A DNA stretch of 37,414 bases from a virus (Duplodnaviria; Caudoviricetes), in IMG/VR virus record IMGVR_UViG_3300037420_001267, positions 1-37,414 of that record; one strand, written 5' to 3'. Under the pieces are notes generated by a model. That model did not search any database and was not told the DNA's origin. It saw nothing but the letters and a program-made list of their open reading frames with translations. Each line of letters starts with the position of its first letter. Within the stretch, counting starts at the first letter, position 1. The translations under genes were made by a program, and so were the position numbers. Positions 37,101-37,414 of the stretch are shown one piece after another.

Positions 37101-37414
37101 GGTAAACTTGATAGTCGTCGCTGTTTTTGGATACCGGTTCGGCATCTACTTCGGTTTCAGAATCATCTGAATAATCGTCTTGTTCCTCAACCGGTTGCGC
37201 TTTTTCCAAAATTTCATCCAGGCTGGAATAATAGGCAAAAAACGGTTTTCCTTGCGGTTCGTCTGCATATCGCGACATAAAGCCCGTATCTTCTTTTGAT
37301 ACCACGATAAGCGGCTCGTTTTTCTTCGTAAACTTCAAGACGACTTTATCCCCAACATCCAATTTCGCTTTATTTGGATGGTTGCGTTCCATTTCGTCTT
37401 TTGTTTTCGGCGCT
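22168..37414 (-). CDS. Giant polyvalent DarB-like protein (N6-MTase, SNF2 helicase, LPD38-like C-terminus and extra enzymatic domains); probably 5'-truncated by the window
   Basis: Frame stays open upstream of ATG 37392 (..APKTKDE). Motifs: EPSVGTG 30916-30936, NVPF 30730-30741, GAGKT 28756-28770, DEAH 28246-28257, QREGR 27166-27180, HELGH 25054-25068, VDFSRFG..IPIPFEWG near the C-terminus. Confidence 0.92.
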   Translation of the reverse strand, partial: APKTKDEMERNHPNKAKLDVGDKVVLKFTKKNEPLIVVSKEDTGFMSRYADEPQGKPFFAYYSSLDEILEKAQPVEEQDDYSDDSETEVDAEPVSKNSDDYQVYHRGDYIQWTENGETKTGYVSGHAWDAGKPGTKRPADTIVTLVEGEYQRQKAVTKHLRPDTDEITVLEKAPAKLNAEQFVKDIYRYRLDVTPENVQLRMVEEGFDEPPSIGEILKWKKEVQQKRDVVPAPKEKPKPQQEEPKKTAKPLGVIDQTQALPKVAYKETKTQIAATFTPIKRHWDREEPKPITWVFRKGKNNKGEYTSDLLLPKGVSVGDINDKMGIEFYQEGVMAPELISTFDMMNGKQEEKAAPVDYETVKTFVMGQEKLEFEDLKTQFQLDSWTAGAFIQRLEKDGIIGHFRTGMPYDVLKQQEEKAPEKEPEIEGIKKGDTIYIMHFGQEIPVKVLNILTNQKPMELLIQDYTHPKLVGTRQILAPDVKRRIQAGTIKLESSDQSFPAIDKIARDIVSFDGPIPERLKQYMSRLGMIPHIGGGFTNAWKMLDYGQEKNKKKLDQLQQYVSRIRKEQEENAPAPNTPKFKAGDHIRNIQTGVERVVETVNEFGGTTVKGDDGKLYAINTRDWEINASAPHDEFVKQNKERLKKLKAFKEELRPLVKENKWKSADEFLKDTDNSIEEMQTQYGVKDKQELDDIIKQLNNPYQEGDKIRWNGGVWTVEGVTTDVLLRVYRKVAAGIEKRGVYIDQDKVELVEEEKAPSENTNSNKQEPQHLLEDRKYFSLSPNATDIEAVRKAKPARILLSMPRWENKDLQTELIDVIGYTPEIILDNGAFTYANTGEYIGLLDIHDTAVNNSLNYKQMAEQILDEVGYLDKDSSGRTKIHNFIEFWQKNKDLVSHVISFDSRSAAGDAVAASQFVYNVFKEIGMNPIPVYPYGADESVIDWYVKRGADYIALGNSVGKPNRTQWAHQIVHKYPKIRFHMLGTMDKKLMDAVPQLYSLDGSGWVNKDKGNTRDEKVQKSADKIKDVLGTKSYEGKPMTFKGFHGTTNANYAGIEKEGFKAVGDDNRQYHDNLFGNDGLYMAQNLDDPTWFDGAAARMPVYDKILQVEGRFEKPIVLHNDSELQELLNDLGIDRAILLDRKTGELKKRGYDAIVVDVDRKFTHDNYYKSQGWNPNDSSNDFPLGSPEWKAGQDRYGAWEQYLKDNHVYEVMELQSQVFAFYPEKMKVTGVVGGKVPSMMDEIMSDSPSELDDFDIDAPKNDLFKTAVNEAQALMKKHRLIKMETQPLAGVNTIEDLIFQAEFAVDSIEGGDTYNDDLDELRDEGKTEKQIAKMQKDAIEALKKFISKYRPSEQRQPKPAPKETAFDYKKYYNELPRETQIQLDDVVSDGAKLDSMEELIKEVEWSIERMNMDLGDMTDADIEAYEIPKQIKQAQAFLKKYKGKAPAPKAPETKQDPITQKYDKIRNSKPMSRLDKLAKNAEKYLNDNKDRMNSLPLDLYAAAAIVGAKKMADGVVDFAEWSEQMMNEYGKKLRLSLKSLYTQSQEMTTWDDPDWDEYLESTGTEFLDAEIEEAPAEKTDEELLQELADEISQLPQTGDKIERYTMDDIDFNRFNKPKAQYISELEGDMPFLPDFIRRDQPVQTSWFEDVKGGKYGTFREKNGKWVNPMPAEQLLKVLVPFDVTNPEHMKLARGEKEDKRVLYDTQRSDLSENMLVAFTDGTGREQVGFIDHFDENGQVLLANEKGKVFSLPLDVNRIRIVGEDENVPPRYRKKQEELRRKANTGYWVTDKQPWETRSAKDFNFTADEAQLFKLLPKGAHPAFLKSILGPMEDPRPAFDVYVANRVKFGLPVEYDSKEFQDRYKELGAFDMNEARREYLGWGRGLTEDGTLIQVTMDVNGDVTVVYDPNSKKASEKMPYGEFDKRVEADEFQFGTYGPVWLDDPAPFLKKLKEREGANLVSNPNNTGSVPGGTPAGNVQGTQKDGTPETVSSKGGTKSGGGTGPADLGEREQSTAGQGVSSERAGTNGEIPDSPRNADGKPIPVDHVITGNIYESGKKTRFNNNIAALKLLKVLQEESRQATAEEKEVLAKYQGWGGLPEYFDKAKDEYKELAQYIDDLFTEQEYADMRKSTNTSFYTNYEIASEMYRFLEEAGFKGGRVLEPSVGTGMFIGSMPEEMKKNTKFITTERDRITYLITKYLYPKQVHYHSAFEKKSFAHNSFDVVIGNVPFGENIPVVDMDYKDKAATKTRAAIKMAWVTRKVHNYFLVRSMDLLRPGGIGVLITATNTMDNSDEVNSNTRKYLMEHADMLEVVRLPNAAFKDAGTDVATDIIFFRKKDPDKIQMGIKPADIKSSILYQGAKQSSDDEGRINKYFVENPDQVAGDIEADTDRWGKKKLRYVANNFASKFKKALSKVLSGFKNAFVPIVKDDTIIQVENAIEEDWATYEKGIHDGAVHEREGKFVQYTYGKWVPFYVKDEHQALVRGALSVRDTAIELRRLERDKNKKSSELAPIREKLNRQYDAFVKAHGHFNQAKVLDPLQKDVATLVALRALEHKEGKNWEKIDFFYKRMQFPDISIDVKGSIENALSVSLANRGEIDLFLISDLMKSDVDNVINELDEKNLVYFDPEKADYVPADEYLSGDIYQKLQFVQGRPEYQKQQAALEEILPTRLTTDQVVDGIRFGQQWIPVQVYQDFLRDKLNIMEPKVSFNTNTASWTVDSDSDHYNRWGSHENTVTYGLDDHILISPRGSKTSHAKWSAADIIEVMMNQRSLKASIKEENLRSFQKLEVERERLTNVLRRKGDQLLQEFRNYIRSSPELSKQMTDLYNNKFNSYVLRTYDGEKFYGGQQFPGLIPEYKLMKHQKDAVVRTLQQQNALYAHVVGAGKTLEMQVSIMEGRRLGIIRKPVLVVPSFMLEQHTREFKHAYPNANIKVLGTGTGEGDIAKVQKDSEKNRMLRYKSLADVMYKDYDVVIMTYESFERIPMSPEFEEEFLRREVDKLRTALEENESGSFTVKQIEAAIERLETRIANAKKTDFKDVAIPFEEIGFDAVFVDEAHNFKNLMYSSKMGSIGGLSNSSAKRSLDMYMKTSHMNETGGKTVFATGTPIANSVAEMFTMLRYLAPKKLEEMGMEHFDGWAAQFGTTINSVELNTSGKFVERTRFAEFTNVPELMNMFKDVADVKMADDLPYLKRPEAERETVTATMSDNQKTYLEIMIKRAAAVADGVEPYMDNMLKLTGEGKKLALDYRIIDGKAQNEKESKLNMVAEHVADEYFRTAKGNPVREDMHEKIGKTFDNGTQIVFMDLGVPKADDDSKNKNEDGSDEEGVDTESASMYQNLKDRLIQLGVKENEIAFIHDYSKPDQKKKLSELFNEGKIRVLIGSTGKMGVGMNLQNKLTMLHHADPTWRPADIEQREGRIIRQGNYNPKVKIKTYVTESSFDALMWKTLEGKAKFIAQVMSGDSKVRTMEEIAEQILSYSEISSEATGNEAMKKLISTEKELRNLRYLEAEHNKEQANYANIIKQMPGIIENNKRRLEATKEAEKAAVDISGDDFIAEMDGVVYSKENKPEDVKPSEWNPRKAFREALIEKVKPLLDVEETRETSNFIAKIGGLDLRYEAFFYGFGNSKISKKLSLSFTGSNGNQIEYQSETLNKALENDMNGFMLKISNAIRPLTRHAYSSSGEATITKNEKALKEAQEKGGKPFADAEKLDQMMAEVADLREEARQFELTNSFDTVFQRGRDLYTIVGIDYQAVPSKNKKKQKDEKPDYVTSVYAAKVVETKENVEYLDENDQYRTVNVFKVENPIEMRDIDFIRDFERRADIVGITETTFANRIREIERIREENAERERQEAENALTLANGDKVRVGDEITFEYDGEEVTAPIQKLYPQTDGSPARVEVKWNLSENTTQTTELLTSRQGVRKAGNKNETAEPEQAAPQQQGETPPQNTPPNNGPTERTIKGIPVSVEKTTHPQTGKEIWLVKNLKNIPSSQFESFRGHMHRYGGEYKKKGDPIEQFRMKFLFERDPEPAFDKDPTPPNGGGGVTENTFLPSRQQNNANSFDTDGTVSRSDIINHIRKEFNVPIGTGRYRRRVQGLYKRIFNEIRTKNFADFVVLAHELGHMLENKYDLINAQNQQELIDLAEANLVIPANMSDDEKAMEGAAEFVREYLYNRSAVQGMDFYDEFVEKMTEEGKLEALNQLGAMFDTWTGQSAKARISGVTDVRKKRKKKKKASDYYADWVEELVGLKHATEKLKGDRDLQGKENPYLLAWRTRGTSGKIQAFMEYGVIDEATGQKIAPSFKEILESVPDIENFRYYLEAKHALTLHDEGKYKTPISVNDANALIAELDAESADYAAAADSLYEYQDYVTRELVDSGVLKESSVDEWNDKYPFYVPFYRVMEESGEREGGQSGTRRHQFANSANPVKRMKETGSARNIIDPLESIMKNTFMYLNLAQRNDVGVALTKLLGEDSADIMVEVDPKTKVTTFNLEELEKDILSVLNDAGIDLADTELDLNKMSRIFRPFVAPSMTENIVTVWNGGKQKLYEVRDEELFRALTAMDNETIKDWMKLLAIPNNILRTGITLSPTFIPRGPIRALPTMLMQSDSYTKPSDYLHLLPDLWRGLKGAVKHSVGKEDALFWDWMSAGGAQSTILSIEREYFRDAKNRMLFKPNVSKVLKEAFLTLGTVPAYKFLRHVAQVTDETIRIAEYQQARRKGADRVEAAIKSRDVDVDFSRFGKSTKNINRVSLFFNVALQGPDRFMREIKNHPVRSLMRGSLFITLPTMLLAALNWDDDDYWELEQWERDLFWNIPIGDGKFLKIPIPFEWGFAFKVIPERLFFQSMREDRTAFEGFAKNLATSMVPSLLPTAFVPFLEWMAEKDFSNWRNTVQPYDNRPPEEQVNDYTTDFAKWLGGVFDVPPTKIDQFAGSLGGTLGNMAISGVSAFVPNPYGEKPTSDRSILERSFVADAADGNTFSTTKFYDKKDELEEEHSRNGIKNKPNDKVRYARDAANYLTQLRHLRTYARTDKTLSGERKGYHIDNINRAIRDMARLGAGQEPLDYANMEYYAKLARENKDAEHED
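31287..31553 (-). CDS. TnpV-like protein nested in the +1 frame of the giant gene
   Basis: YLEERQPEMYKELKKTGRLKQYL...EQ...E.LDRLI resembles TnpV. GAAGGTG RBS before an alternative TTG start at 31544. Confidence 0.65.
   Translation of the reverse strand: MQTLFPTLTILEAYLEERQPEMYKELKKTGRLKQYLLKAEQNLAEELDRLILESVNNQPLGKEYHQNVQELTARYRTVLEMLMANLFQ

Noticed and set aside
37390-37392. ATG 37392 as the start of the giant gene
   Set aside because: No RBS, and the frame stays open to the window edge.

Overview
This window is part of a Bacillaceae-type tailed phage or prophage genome, mostly on the - strand. No integrase, rRNA, tRNA or CRISPR array was seen. Reading the - strand from the right: (1) a giant polyvalent DarB-like protein of over 5,000 aa, open at the window edge. 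It carries FtsK-gamma-like, TGT/DpdA-like, ADP-ribosyltransferase-like, N6-adenine methyltransferase, SNF2 helicase, HExxH and LPD38-like regions, plus a TnpV-like gene overprinted in its +1 frame. (2) A lysis cassette. (3) A short + strand block that includes an HTH fused to an ART-like fold. (4) An FtsK/SpoIIIE ATPase plus replication-relaxation (MOBC-like) module. (5) Recombination and replication genes: YqaJ, ERF, ParB-like, SSB, HNH, an initiator with iterons, and DnaC; the replication genes lie behind a promoter region with Spo0A-box matches. (6) MazG, DUF1064 and ArpU. (7) An inverted + strand block of small early genes separated by conserved hairpins. (8) terS followed by a structured non-coding stretch. 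All family calls come from motif recognition by eye; no searches were run.
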